A DNA stretch of 64,000 bases from Owenia fusiformis. Lineage: Eukaryota. The stretch spans positions 26,970,001 to 27,034,000 of the forward strand of contig CAIIXF020000001.1 of assembly GCA_903813345.2 (NCBI GenBank), in the 5' to 3' direction. Positions 51,501 through 63,249 of this stretch are shown here, piece by piece. The notes under the pieces are model-generated. The model had not been told where the DNA came from. It worked only from the letters and a program-made list of their open reading frames with translations, and ran no database searches. The stretch's first letter is position 1, and every line of letters begins with the position of its first letter. Both the position numbers and the translations under genes were made by a program.

Positions 51501-54500
51501 AATTTTTCTGTTATACCAAATATCTTTTGATAGATTAATACAGTATTCTAAACTGCATATTTCATGAAAATTTCATGAGAATATATTGAAAAATAAAAAA
51601 ATTAGAGAGATATTATGAGAACTTTATGATATACCCTCGTATATGTAAGGCACATATGTGTCTAATAGTAGAACCCCATAATTGAAACACTATGACAGTC
51701 CATCCACCAAAATGGTGATCTGAAAATAAAAGATTCTTTCGTTCCCAACTTAATTGTCACTTCTATTATACATTTTGACTTTCAATATGAAAATCTCATA
51801 AAATCTAACGATAAAACAAAATTTCCAAAGCTATATGAAAAACACCTACACGTGCCTCTGTAGAAATTCCAATGATAATATGTAGTTTTAATAGTGTATG
51901 CGCACAGTTTGTAATTTCTGGCTAAAATAGGCGCGCAGTTTGAGGTTTATTTCTTTTTAATCTCCTGATTATCTTTTTTATTTTGAAATATTTTGAATTA
52001 TACATGATAAATGCGTAAGGAATTAAATATAAAACGAGTCTAAAGTGTTTGTCATTTATGTTTAAAGTGCTAGATCGATTTACGTATAAATTCCCGTTAA
52101 ATCAGTGACGAAAATGCCATTAATCTGCTTATGTTTTAAAACTTAGATTCATTTGCACATAGTTTTTGCTAGTATTTGCAAGATTTGTGCATTCGCCACA
52201 GAATGAACGCATTGAACAAGAAAACAATGCAGGATAAATGTCTTTAAATTACGTTTCAAAATACAGACTCCAACTTAAATGAAGCAATGTTGTTAGGCAC
52301 GCAGTTTGTGATCGAAACAAACTGCGCGCCTAAGTAGGCGCTCAGCTTGACATGGGCACCGTAATTATGCAATAAGTTACAGAAACTGCTACCTTTCAAT
52401 TTCCTCACTAGATGAGTTGAGTCCAAGTATGACATGGCCAGCATTGCAACCCTGTATGGTCACTTGGATGTGTGTGATTTTGGGGACAACTGTGATATTA
52501 TCTAAAGGTTTTATAATCTTGTCATCATCTCTATAAGATGCTGAGTCTGCAGTATCTCCTATTTGGTAAGTGAAGTAAAGTGTGGCTGTCTTATTCAATG
52601 GTTCACTGGAAATAAAATTAACTGTACATGTACAGGGTGGTCCAAAAAAATGGGACACTCGTATTTCAAAAATAAATATTGATTTTCTTGATGAAAATGT
52701 GTCATATTATATACCAGTAGATAGGAAATTTACTTATCTTTAATTTAGTATATCATAAGTTCAAAATTATTATAATGTCTGTCAACCAGCATCCATAATA
52801 TAAATGAAGTCATTTTCATTTCAAAACGGGTTTTCCAAAGCTTGCAAAAACCAAATTTTATTGTCAACTTTATTTTCATAAACAGTATATATGTCCACCA
52901 TTTTGATCAATTATAGCCCTCAATTTTGGCCTAAACTGGTCAATAGCATCATTGTGGTCCACTACAAATATAACGATTTTTACTACAAAAGTGAGAAAGA
53001 AGTATCATGTATAAATAAAAATATGTAATGTTTCGTTATCGCTATAGGTTAAAATCAGTTATATTTTTGGAAAGTTGTGGCATATATCATAAGAGGAGAA
53101 AATCTCACAACTTTAGGACATACATTGAGATAAACCCAGAACACAAACATATGTAAACAAGCCATCTAATTATAGTTACCTAAAATATATATTTATTGTG
53201 CTGTTGGTGTTGATAGCAAGTTTTGTTTCGCCATTTCCAAATCGCACCTGTGATGCCGCAGCTGTGAAAATAAGAAATAATTAAAGTGCAGGAAGAACAC
53301 TGTATATGTCCAATGCCACCAATTGTGATAACTTTATTTTAGCTCTACCCCCCCTCCCTTCATTCCCTAAAACAGAATGTTGATTTCCTTTTTGTTTGAT
53401 TTTACTATCCTTTTTACTTTTTCTGTAAGAAGTGTTGCAGAAATATGAAACCCCTAAAAGTCATATACCCTAAAGTTATAGACATCAAAAATACTTCAAA
53501 ATATAATAGTATGAAAAAGAAGGTACATTCGTGCAATTTATCCAATTCCATGACTTAGAGTCTTGCGCTCCAATGATTGTTTAGGCAGTGTTTCTACAAC
53601 ACTGGAGAAAGTACTACGCATTGCGCACTTGAGGAAGGGAAAATCCAAGACACAATGTTCATTCTAAATTAAAAGGGATTCCTTTTTGAGAAGAAAGGGG
53701 TCAGGGTCGAGATCTCGTAAAGTATCGCAAAGAGCAATCTCCAATCGTAGTAGGTTAATCGGCAGAATGGGGAAACTTTCATTTTTTAATCACAAAATTC
53801 CTCTGTCTAGACTATAGTTATATTAAGGGGGTTCCCCTTCCGACATATTGAATACTCAGGAATGAATCGAGGTAGGTCATTTAGTGTGCAATGCATAGTA
53901 CTTTCTCCAACATTGCAGGAATACTGCCTGAACAATTGTTGGATCGTAAGACCACAATGTAAGTGGGGTCGTAGCATATGATCAAGTGCAATCCTTGTGC
54001 AAAACTGAAAGATAGTAGGCAATTTGGGGAAGGAGTTCATATTTGAAAAATAACATGTGACCTTAACTCTATTAAGGATTGCATCAAAATTATGAACATA
54101 CACATAGATCGCGGCAAGGTTCTTTTGTAGTACGATCAGAAGCTCTAAGAATAATTTGGAAAAAATGTCACTAAGAAAATTTGAAATTTTAAAATGACCA
54201 TTGTGCAGCCATTTCAGAAAATATGAGACAAATCATACCTCAATCGAAGCGTCTTGTTATTCCTTACTTTCTGATCACAAATAAACGGTATTCAAGCAAT
54301 CCTGGATTGATAAGAGGCCAAAATAGTATTATCTTATCCTCAGGCTCTCATCTGTCCAAATCTGAATGGTGCTCCTGTGATTCCAGAAATGTGACGTCGG
54401 CATACAATGATATTTGGACACACAAGAGCCCAGATCAAGTGAAAAATATTTGCCGTATTAAAAGTCAAACTACTGCCTCCATAGGTTATATACTCAAACC

Positions 54501-55484
54501 AAACAAGTAGAAATAGAAAGATGAAGATCTCAGCTATAAAATCAGTGCAAAATCTGTCACGGGGAAGTAGGTACCATTTTGTATAAGGAACATTTTGAAA
54601 AGTGGTCACTTTTTTTGAAATTTTTCAATTTAGTGACGCATGTGGAAGCCCAACTGTTCTGGGCTACCCAAGTGTTCTGACTCTTGCCCAACTGTTCTGA
54701 CAACCCAAGTGTTCCGAGATCGCTTATTTTATCATCTCTTATAATTCACAAGAGAGGGTTCAAGAGTCCTAAAATGTTGGCTTGTTGAAAGTTTTGACCC
54801 AATTTTTAAAAATATGAACCCATTTCTTTAAATCGAGGCCCATTTTTTCAAAAGTCCCATTTTCCAAAAATGAGGTATATTCCTGAAATTGAGACCCACC
54901 CTAAATATATTGATATATTCTGTCTAAATATTCTATTGCTCAGGAGTGTCCCATGGTGCAAAAGTTGAACAACTGGGGATTTTACATTTCCCAATGGGTA
55001 CCCTGCTAGTTTATCTGAATAAAAAGAAAGCCTTTTGTGCACGAGGCAGCCACATTAGAAGTGGTTTCATTAGCTTAATTTCAACAGTCACCTCTGTAGA
55101 AACCTTAAATTGATATTAGAATTTGAAAATCACTGTATCGAGTGTATTTGATAAAATAAATAAACCCAGAATACTTGGGTCAAGTCAGAATACTTCGGCA
55201 AGAGTCGGAATACTTGGGTAGCCCAGAACAGTTGGAGCATCACAGCATATCTTCTGAATTATTCTTTGAGCCTATGAGATCATATTACAAAACGATCAGG
55301 CCAACATCTGTGAACATACAGGACAATCTTATACATAAAATATAATTGCTGGTTTTTTATTCCCGTGACATGCATGTGATTCACAGATTGTATTTTTTTA
55401 TAAAATTTCTAAAACCTTACCTGTAAATTTCACAGGCCAACTTAGATAAGTTACGAATAAAAAACATGTGAAACTACGCATCAT
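42539..55484 (-). CDS. CTNS: Cystinosin, lysosomal cystine/H+ exporter; 9 coding exons
   Basis: Exons 55484-55421 (signal peptide), 53261-53180, 52605-52393, 49552-49412, 44988-44889, 44510-44391, 43913-43743, 43405-43288 and 42720-42539, all in phase. PQ-loops [15 protein letters not shown] and [57 protein letters not shown]-terminal YSPI (YxxPhi). Confidence 0.95.
42723..42804. repeat. 38-bp tandem duplication at the acceptor of the last CTNS exon
   Basis: AGAAATACACAAA(C/T)AGTACTTGTACAAACATACATATG x2. Confidence 0.85.
45050..48286 (+). pseudogene. LINE ORF2: truncated APE endonuclease, RT and C-terminal CCHC; one in-frame TAG at 47873-47875
   Basis: EN C-terminal motifs DIYR..FTW, SRLD, SDH. 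RT motifs [38 protein letters not shown]. After the TAG the same frame continues [33 protein letters not shown] to TGA 48286. Confidence 0.9.
45050..48393 (+). mobile_element. 5'-truncated L1/Tx1-clade non-LTR retrotransposon, antisense in a CTNS intron
   Basis: TSD AAGTCTT (45043-49, 48392-98); AATAAA running into a pure A tail (48366-48393). The reading frame is open from 45050 (LKNLDRKGG...). Confidence 0.93.
49145..49399. mobile_element. piggyBac-like MITE
   Basis: TTAA|CCTCTTGAATCCCAGG ... CCAGGTAGTCAAGAAG|TTAA (12/16 TIR match); it ends ~12 bp from a CTNS donor site. Confidence 0.6.
50086..52361. mobile_element. TIR element (CG(A/G)TGCCCATGTCAAGC termini) carrying a nested mariner MITE
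   Basis: CGATGCCCATGTCAAGC.AGCG..CCTAC.TAGGCAC.CAGTTTG (50086-50128) vs CAAACTGCGCGCCTAAGTAGGCGCTCAGCTTGACATGGGCACCG|TA (52318-52361); repeated AAACTGCG motifs. Confidence 0.75.
50621..51639. mobile_element. Mariner-type MITE with ~200-bp arms
   Basis: TA|CGAGGGTATATCATAAAGTTCTCATAATATCTCTC ... GAGAGATATTATGAGAACTTTATGATATACCCTCG|TA. Confidence 0.9.
54645..55240. mobile_element. MITE with ~70-bp repetitive TIRs in CTNS intron 1
   Basis: CCAACTGTTCTGGGCTACCCAAGTGTTCTGACTCTTGCC vs GGCAAGAGTCGGAATACTTGGGTAGCCCAGAACAGTTGG. Confidence 0.75.
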
Positions 55485-55602
55485 ATTCCTATGTATAATA
55501 CTATATCGATTTAAGATCATTATGGATCCAAAATCAGCGATAAAATGTTGTTTTACTGGATATTTTTTCGATTGTCTTACTTTTTGTCTACCATTTTGTC
55601 CG

Positions 55603-55612
55603 GTCACATGAT
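55603..55612. promoter_or_regulatory. CLEAR/M-box-like motif at the CTNS 5' end
   Basis: GTCACATGAT lies immediately upstream of a probable tiny non-coding exon (minus-strand donor at 55580, acceptor at 55489), ~120 bp from the ATG. Confidence 0.55.
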
Positions 55613-58600
55613 TTATAAAGACCATGCCTTATTTTGTTTCCGTCCAAAACTTGAAAACATAAGATAAGACCCGAATCTTGATAATATTTCTGATTCTGTT
55701 TTATAATCAATTTTAAGAAAATTCATATTTTTGGGTTAAAACCCCAAGAACTAAAGGAAACATCGAAATGTAATAATGTAGGTCAAAATATGGATTTCAA
55801 ATAAGCCATTCTCCCAGAGACCGGCTGATTGGTTGAAGGTTATCTCGCGGTTAGTGTCAGGCCAGGTAATACAGATTCAGTGTCAAAGCAAATACATCAA
55901 AGGCACATTTATTTAGGAGTTGATATCAAAAGGTAAGTTCTTATAAATTATTGCATGCTTCTTCCACGTGAATGCCTGAAACACTCGTTTCTAAAAACTA
56001 TCGAATGATTCATTGATTCAATGATTGTTGCCACAGGAAAGGGAAATATGTCAAAATGACATTTCTTATCTGACAAGACTGTTTTCTCCCTGTCTAGCAC
56101 TCATTCACTACTATGTATTAGAAAATCTCATATTTAAAGTTTGTATGCTGAACTTTTTGTTTCATATATATCTTTGAATGAATATGCAGTAATGACTAAA
56201 CCCCCGGGACTAAACCATCATTGAGAAAGACATGGAATTCACATTCATGTTTGGAATAAGCATGGGCTTTCAATTCAAAAGATAGATTACAGAATGCCAC
56301 TCCCATTAATTTTTGTACATATCTTATGTACTTTTCTAAATGAGGATATAGGTCCATGGTCTTGGAGTCCGAAATTTGGTATTCTTTGAGTGGGAAATAC
56401 AAATTACTAGTACGAAATCACCCACCCCCCTAGTCTATATCCAATAGACTGAATTTCCTGAGAATTTTCATTCCAAATATCAAATCACCCCTGGCTATGG
56501 GCTTGTCACTGTAAATAGAACACATTTAGATCCTATGACCAATGGACTTATGTTAATCGCAAGGGAAACAAAATTTTGAGGTATCATAAGTGTTCCACTT
56601 ATACAGGATTTACTGTAGTATTTAATTTTTATTATAAGAAAAAATAGGAGAGTGGATTTTAAAAAGACAAGACATTAATGAATCATACTTTTATACTTCT
56701 ATGCAGTATGAGACATAATATTCAAAGTTTTACTGGATAAAATGTGTAAAAAGTATCTGAAAAAATTTGGTGAGGTGCTTGCCTTGCCTGCCTCACAGCT
56801 TAGATGGGCTGACCCATTTATGAACCATTGGAGTCACGGCATACAAAAGGCTACCCTTGGAAGAGAATCAATGACACATTTCTAGTAGTAGTCCCCTAAT
56901 ATGTAAATCCATTATGATTACACATATCTTGTATCTCAAGGATATACTTTTCTTCATGTTTTATGTGTAAACATTCATGACATATAGACTACTTACTGGG
57001 AAGGATTGAATATAGCTTTTGTTTTGAGGGATAATATTGACTGAAGGGAAACTAGGATATTGACAGAGAGAGAGCTTAGCAACGAGTGTCAATAAGGTAT
57101 TACCCCTTTGGTCATTATTCGCTCCTGACCAGAAATAACATGTTTATTTCATGAAGTATCGAGTAGTTTAAATGCTATATTGGCACTTTAAATGACACAT
57201 GGTTCACCTTTAAAAATAGTTTTTATCCAATAGACAAAATCTTCCTAGGATTCAGTTTGAATATTTTCAGTCAATTTTCAAAATATTTCAGAACAATTGA
57301 ATAGGGTTGTACTCCTGGGGTTGAACTGAGTTGTATAGTCTACCTTTTAAACGATGCTAGTTAATACGATCAAATATGATCTTTTTTCTTAGAAAATATG
57401 ATTTTTCCTTGTCAGTTCAGAGTTCACATGTTCAGTTCATTTTTTCCTTTGTTTTTTCTTTGGAACATTTTAGAATTAATTAATGGATCACCCCTTATAC
57501 CTGATACAGATCAAACAATTTATGTATCATTGGTATTCCATTTATCATTTTTGTTATCTACTGTTTAAGTGAGATTAGCTGCTAACCTTGGAAGTTGCAG
57601 TTAACCAGGAATGATTATTCTAAAATTGATTTTTTATCATAAATGGTGTAGGAGAATGATTTGTTATAACTTTTAGCAGTTTAAGGTTATAAGCATTATT
57701 ATTGATAGTGGCAGTATTATTCCAAGATTTGATAGTTTGTGGCTAATTAATGATCCTAAGATACTGGAAATCAATGCATTCCCAAGCTAGCAATCTAATG
57801 CGTTTTCATGGTATCAAGAGATATAGGGTATTTTGATTGTGAAGTTTGTCCCAATAGCTGTACTATTATTTGATCAGATAGAACTTAAATTATTTTGTTT
57901 TGTATTGGTACAGTTCTTTTCTTCGAGTAAGGAATTTTATTCACAATTGTGTTTTGAGATGTATTCAAAATATTTTGTGTAAAAGAGCAAGTGAAGTAAG
58001 TTTGAACTTGGATTTTTCAGGTCTAGCAATTGTGGGATAAATTTGGGATAATGTCAGTACCTTCTTACTTGGGTGTCATTCATGTTTTTCTAAGGTACAC
58101 GTGTACACGGTTCAAGGTACAGAGGTTTTTGATAGAAAATCATACTGGTAGTGAAATTTACACTAGTCATTGAAATATACATACAGAATATATGGTGAAT
58201 GTCATTACATTCTTATCACACCTCTTTCAATTTTTTTTAATTTAAAGAACTCTAAAAGAGGATCTTCGTGAGAATTTTAGAAATCCATATTTTAAAAACA
58301 TGAGGATCAGGAAGCTTGCTGCAAGCTGACTCCTTCAGTATCAAAGTGGAGATGATTATTGAACCTCAATACTCCCCTCACATGACTCTCCTTTATAATC
58401 CAAAGCAAGGAATTGATTTACATTTTATAGGCTTGTTTCTTTCATATGATATTTTAATGAAAGTTTGGTTTCTATGTATTTTTCCTCAAACAAACAATTA
58501 ACTTGTTTATTGAAACTATTGAAGTATCAATTAAGATCACAGTTCTAATTTAAGTGAGTGTAGTATATGATATTGAAGATAATGCTGAGTGTTTGTAAAT

Positions 58601-59341
58601 AGATAAAAAGTAAGGTAAACTTCAACTCAAGTAGTTTGAAGTTCACAATTTGGGATGTGAATGTAAGGTCATTTGCCCATTGCATGCAGGTGGCTAAGAT
58701 ATTTTTCAGATGCTGAATGAATATTTGCTTGTCCTATGTCAACCATAAATTGATGTTTGAATAGACTAATGCCATTCACAAGTAAAGCAAAGAGCAAAAA
58801 ACTTGTGTAAAAATCTATTGAAACGGATCAATTTCTTTATTTTATATATCACTCTGAACCAGGCCATAGAAAAGGTACATGCAGTTAAAAATGATTTAAA
58901 GTACATACCAGGCTATCAAATCTTGATTTAATTGTATAATATTTATGCTGCACATATACAGTTTCAAATATTAAATGAAATTTATTTATCAAAACTGTAT
59001 GTGAATGTTTCATATAGAATGTTTACAAATTATTACAAAATATCTAAATCAAAACATTTTGTCAAAATTATGTTGAATGACGTTTCTACAGATTATTTTC
59101 AGAATTTTTTCTGAAAGTATGGATCAGTACCTTAAAGTCCCCGTCTAAAGTTTGAAAATCTTTTTTTATCATTCATTTACTATTTGTCAGGACTTAAAAA
59201 GTAATTTTAGAGATTTTTGAACAAAAAAAATTTTTGATAAAAAAGTTGTGAGCATTTCATTTTTCAAATATTCAAATTTCCCGCCATTTTTCAAAAAAAG
59301 TTGAAATTTCTAAATCATCAAATATTTCTTAATGCATTTCA

Positions 59342-62300
59342 CACGCCTTACCATCGCGTAAGCAGGCGTCACCGTACAGCGTCAAAAAATAGCGGAGTAC
59401 AGTTTTCTGTACGGTAACGCAAATTAACTGCTTTGAAGCAAAAACTATGACAAGGGTTTAAAAAAAATTAATTTGATGAAAACTAATACGATTTCATGTG
59501 AAATAAAAACAGCATTCTCTTAGAAATGGTTTTAACTTTCTGATTATGATAAACGTTTTACGAGCACTGTTTGGATTTTTTCTGAGTGAATCGGCCCACA
59601 TAATCGACCAGAGTGAAAAAAGGTTGTTTTTTCACATTTTGTTTGGTTATTAGACTCCAGATGTCAATCTGGAGTCTATTGTTTTTGCCAGTATTCTTAT
59701 TCTTCTTCTTATTATTCTTATTTTTCTTTTTGAGTTTTTTCAGTAACTATAAGGTATCCAGTAAAGACCATTATACAGTTGATTTAGGTTCAGTATCTAG
59801 TTGGTGGGAAATTGGGTCAAATTTTTATCTAGGTCAAAGGTCAAGAACTAGGTCAAATCCAGTACTTTGTCACTTTTTTCAATTTTCTCAGTCGTCCTTC
59901 AATATTTTCGATCCAGGTTTTTTTCATTGTATTCCTCATAAAAAAGTAGGAAAGCTAGGGTCGATTTAGTTTTTTGATATCTCAAACCGATTTTGAGATA
60001 TGGCGTCCAGAAAGTAGGTCACACCAAAACGTGCTCCAAATTCAATGTATGAGTTATGAATTAGAGGTAGAATTTTGTCAGGAATCCGAATCTACAAACC
60101 AAATTTCGATCCGACTCCTGGTTCGGAAGTTATGGCGTTTTGAAAACTCAGAAATCGCTAAATTTTGTGCCCATGTTAAGTCAATGGGAAAAAAGATTTT
60201 TTTGAAATGAAAAATACGAAATATAGACTGAGTTCAGCTTAATTTAATGAAAGCTTTCAAAAGAAGGGGACCTCAAAAGCCATCTAGCTTCAGAATTTGG
60301 ATACCAAAATTCCTAGGTCAAAATCTAGGTCAAATTCAAAGGTTTTCCTTATTTTTGCGATTCTGACACTACACTTCAATTATATTCTTCGAAATTGTGT
60401 ATACATGTAGCCAAGAGTGTGCTTATAGTGTTAGCCTTTTGCCGTCAGAAAGTATTTTGACCCACTTTTGAGATATGGTGTCCGAAAAGTAGGTCAAAAT
60501 AAAAAGTTCTCCAAATTTAACGTATGAGTTATGAATTAGGAATAGAATTTTGTCAGGAATCCGAATCTGCAAACCAAATTTCGATCCGACTTCCGCTTCG
60601 GAAGTTATGGCGTGTCCGAAAAGTAGGTCAAAATAAAAAGTTTCCAAATTAAACGTATGAGTTATGAATTAGGGGTAGAATTTTGTCAGGAATCTGAATC
60701 TGCAGACCAAATTTAGATTCGACTTCCGGTTCCGAAGTTATGGCGTGTCCAAAAAGTAGGTCAAAATAAAAATTCGCCAAATTTAACGTATGAGTTATGA
60801 ATTAGGAGTAGAATTTTGTCAGGAATCCGAATCTTTAAACCAAATTTAGATCCGACTTCCGGTTCGGAAGTTATGGCGTTTTGAAATTTCGGAAAATCGA
60901 TCTGATGGTATCCTGATAGAAAGTCAAGAGTAGAGAAGAAAATATTGAAAAATTCATCCATCCTTCCTATCTGATCATATCCTATCCTATCCTTCCTATC
61001 TATCCTTCCTTCGTATCCTTTCCTTCATATCCTTCCTATCCTCTACTATCATATCCTTTCTTCCTATTCTGTTCTATCCTATCCTTCTTTCTTATTCTAT
61101 CCTATCGTTCCAACCCATTCTATCCTTTCCTACCTTCCTATTTTATCCATCCATCTTATTCTGGATGACTCAGCTTATTCTGGATGACTTGTTTTATTTT
61201 AGATGACTGGGCTTAAAAAAGTCTAGATCTGGAGTCTGAAATTGAACTTCGTTCAATTTCCAAAGTCTAGTTATTTTCCCTACCGTCTGAGAGTATGGAT
61301 TATTTTTATGAGAATATGTATTTGTTACTTACACATTTTAGAACGGGCGAAGAATCAGCAAACAACCATTCATTATGTATATTTAAAAAAGATCAAATTT
61401 GTACGGTGACGCACCAGCTGTACGGTGACGCTATGCTTTGATGAACTAAATGAGACTGAGATTGTATGAAATGGAAACTCCGGAGTATGATCATTTGTTC
61501 ATATATAGTGCATGGGCGCTACAGTTCAACGATATCTTCCACAGCTTAATGGAAGGTTACTGGAAATGTATGATACGGTAAAGATCATGAAACCAAAAAC
61601 TCTCTTGTTGCTATGTTATTGATGTTTTAAAACAAGGGTTGCCACAAGTAAATCTCATCTTGCACGTGTGACTTTTTAGGATGAAAGATGCAATATCTTG
61701 CATGGGGTAAAGATGGCTGTGTAGGCTATCTTTGTTAGTCATATGAGAAAAGCCTGGTTTAGTTCAAATGATACCAAAGCATTACGTCAACTTTCAAATA
61801 GTTAATTCCATGAAAACTAAAAATATCGAAATTAATACTTCATGTCCGCCATCTTAAATGCGAAGGTGACGGCTGTAACCTTCGCTTGATACTTACCATA
61901 ATGTACATGATAATGTACATGTAGATCTGACGCTTCTTTACCTCTTGTTCGAACAGTAAGCTTAGAGCACTTCATAAAATCTAAGGAAGCGTCACCGTAC
62001 AGCTGATGTGTCACCGTACAGTTCTGATCTTTTTTAAATAAATACACTGAATGATTATTTGCCGAATATTCATCTGTTCTAAAATGTGTAGATAACAAAT
62101 ACATATTCTCATAAAAATAATCCATACTCTCAGACGACAGTGAAAATAATAACCAAACGAAAAGTGAAAAAACAACATTTTTCTCTCGAGTCGATAATGT
62201 GGGCCGATTCACTCAGAAAAATGTTTTTATTACACCCGAAACCGTATTTATTTTCATCTAATTAATCTTTTTAAAACCCTCATTATAGTTTTTGCTTCAA

Positions 62301-62391
62301 CTCAGTTAATTTTCGTCACCGTACAGAAAACTGTACTACTATATTTTTTGACGCTGTACGGTGACGCCTGCTTACGCGATGGTTAGGCGTG
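59342..62391. mobile_element. Transib-like foldback element (CAC..GTG termini, 5-bp TSD)
   Basis: TSD TTTCA (59337-41, 62392-96); TIR CACGCCT(T/A)ACCATCGCGTAAGCAGGCGTCACCGTACAGCGTCAAAAAATA; long arms of ~400-470 bp; recurrent CGTCACCGTACA motifs. Confidence 0.82.
59650..61270 (+). mobile_element. Helentron/HINE element with an internal 133-bp tandem array
   Basis: 5' hairpin AGACTCCAGAT-GTCA-ATCTGGAGTCT, (TTC/TTA)n tract, 133-bp units (starts 60605, 60738, 60871, plus copies at ~60000 and ~60472), (ATCCT)-rich tract 60957-61160, 3' subTIR TCTGGAGTCT, hairpin GAAATTGAAC-TTC-GTTCAATTTC, CTAG end. Inserted at TT without a TSD. Confidence 0.85.
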
Positions 62392-63249
62392 TTTCAAAAA
62401 AGATTATCTTTTTAACACCAATGCAAAGATTGAACAAAGGACACACTATTTCAATAATAAAATGCCATATTTAATGGGCCACTTCAATGTTTTAGCATAT
62501 CAAAAATATTTTGAAACATTAGTGATGTCACTAAGGTACCCAAAACATTTTGAAAAAAATTGAAATATTTTTTTCGATGTCAATCTTTTCTAAATATGTT
62601 AGACTTTCATAAAAAAAACAATGTTGATTGTCTAACCAGGTTAAAAGGAAGAATAAATTATGTTTTAGATATCATTGTACCATTGGTTTCTATGAGAACT
62701 AAAATTTTGAAATGCATTTTTCTCAGAACCATTTTTATGCACTGATAAGTTCATTTCTCGCTTATTTATGAACCGATTTTCTTAATTTTTTCGGCAAAAA
62801 ACACTTGAGGATGAATGCTATGCATTGGTATGAATTGTGGCTAATTAGAAGATATGAGTGACCTCTAAAAGTTGGTTTTAAATAAATTCACAAATTTTGG
62901 AACAAAAAGTTTATCAAAAACCACATTTTGAAATTTAAAAAAAAAGTTTCACATATCACACTTTGCTCATATTGGGTAAGACTACAATATAAGCCAAAGT
63001 GGTTTAAACTTTAGATGGGGCCTTTAAGCAGAGAACAGAATATATCAATAGTATAAGGTTTCTCAACCAGTGCTAGAATTCTTATGCATTTTCCATTTTT
63101 GAAAAAAATAAATTGTACATGTATTTACATTATTTCTTTTTTGGAATTTGGATTAAATATGATTGTATAATCTTAGCTTTGCAATTTCAATTTAAGTAAA
63201 CTACTATTTTCGCCACACATCATATTATTTTCTAATCTATGAATCAATA

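Larger units (their letters stand above)
59136..63023. mobile_element. Kolobok-like element (outer layer of a nest)
   Basis: TTAA|AGTCCCCGTCTAAAGTTT ... AAACTTTAGATGGGGCCT|TTAA (16/18 TIR match). Confidence 0.8.

Noticed and set aside
54340..55042. Minus-strand ORFs as CTNS exon 2
   Set aside because: 53261-53180 fits both phases and the cystinosin N-terminal pattern; these ORFs lie in repeat-like DNA.
60472..60882. Regularly spaced repeats as a CRISPR-like array
   Set aside because: Whole units repeat with no unique spacers, the context is eukaryotic, and the array is internal to a Helentron.
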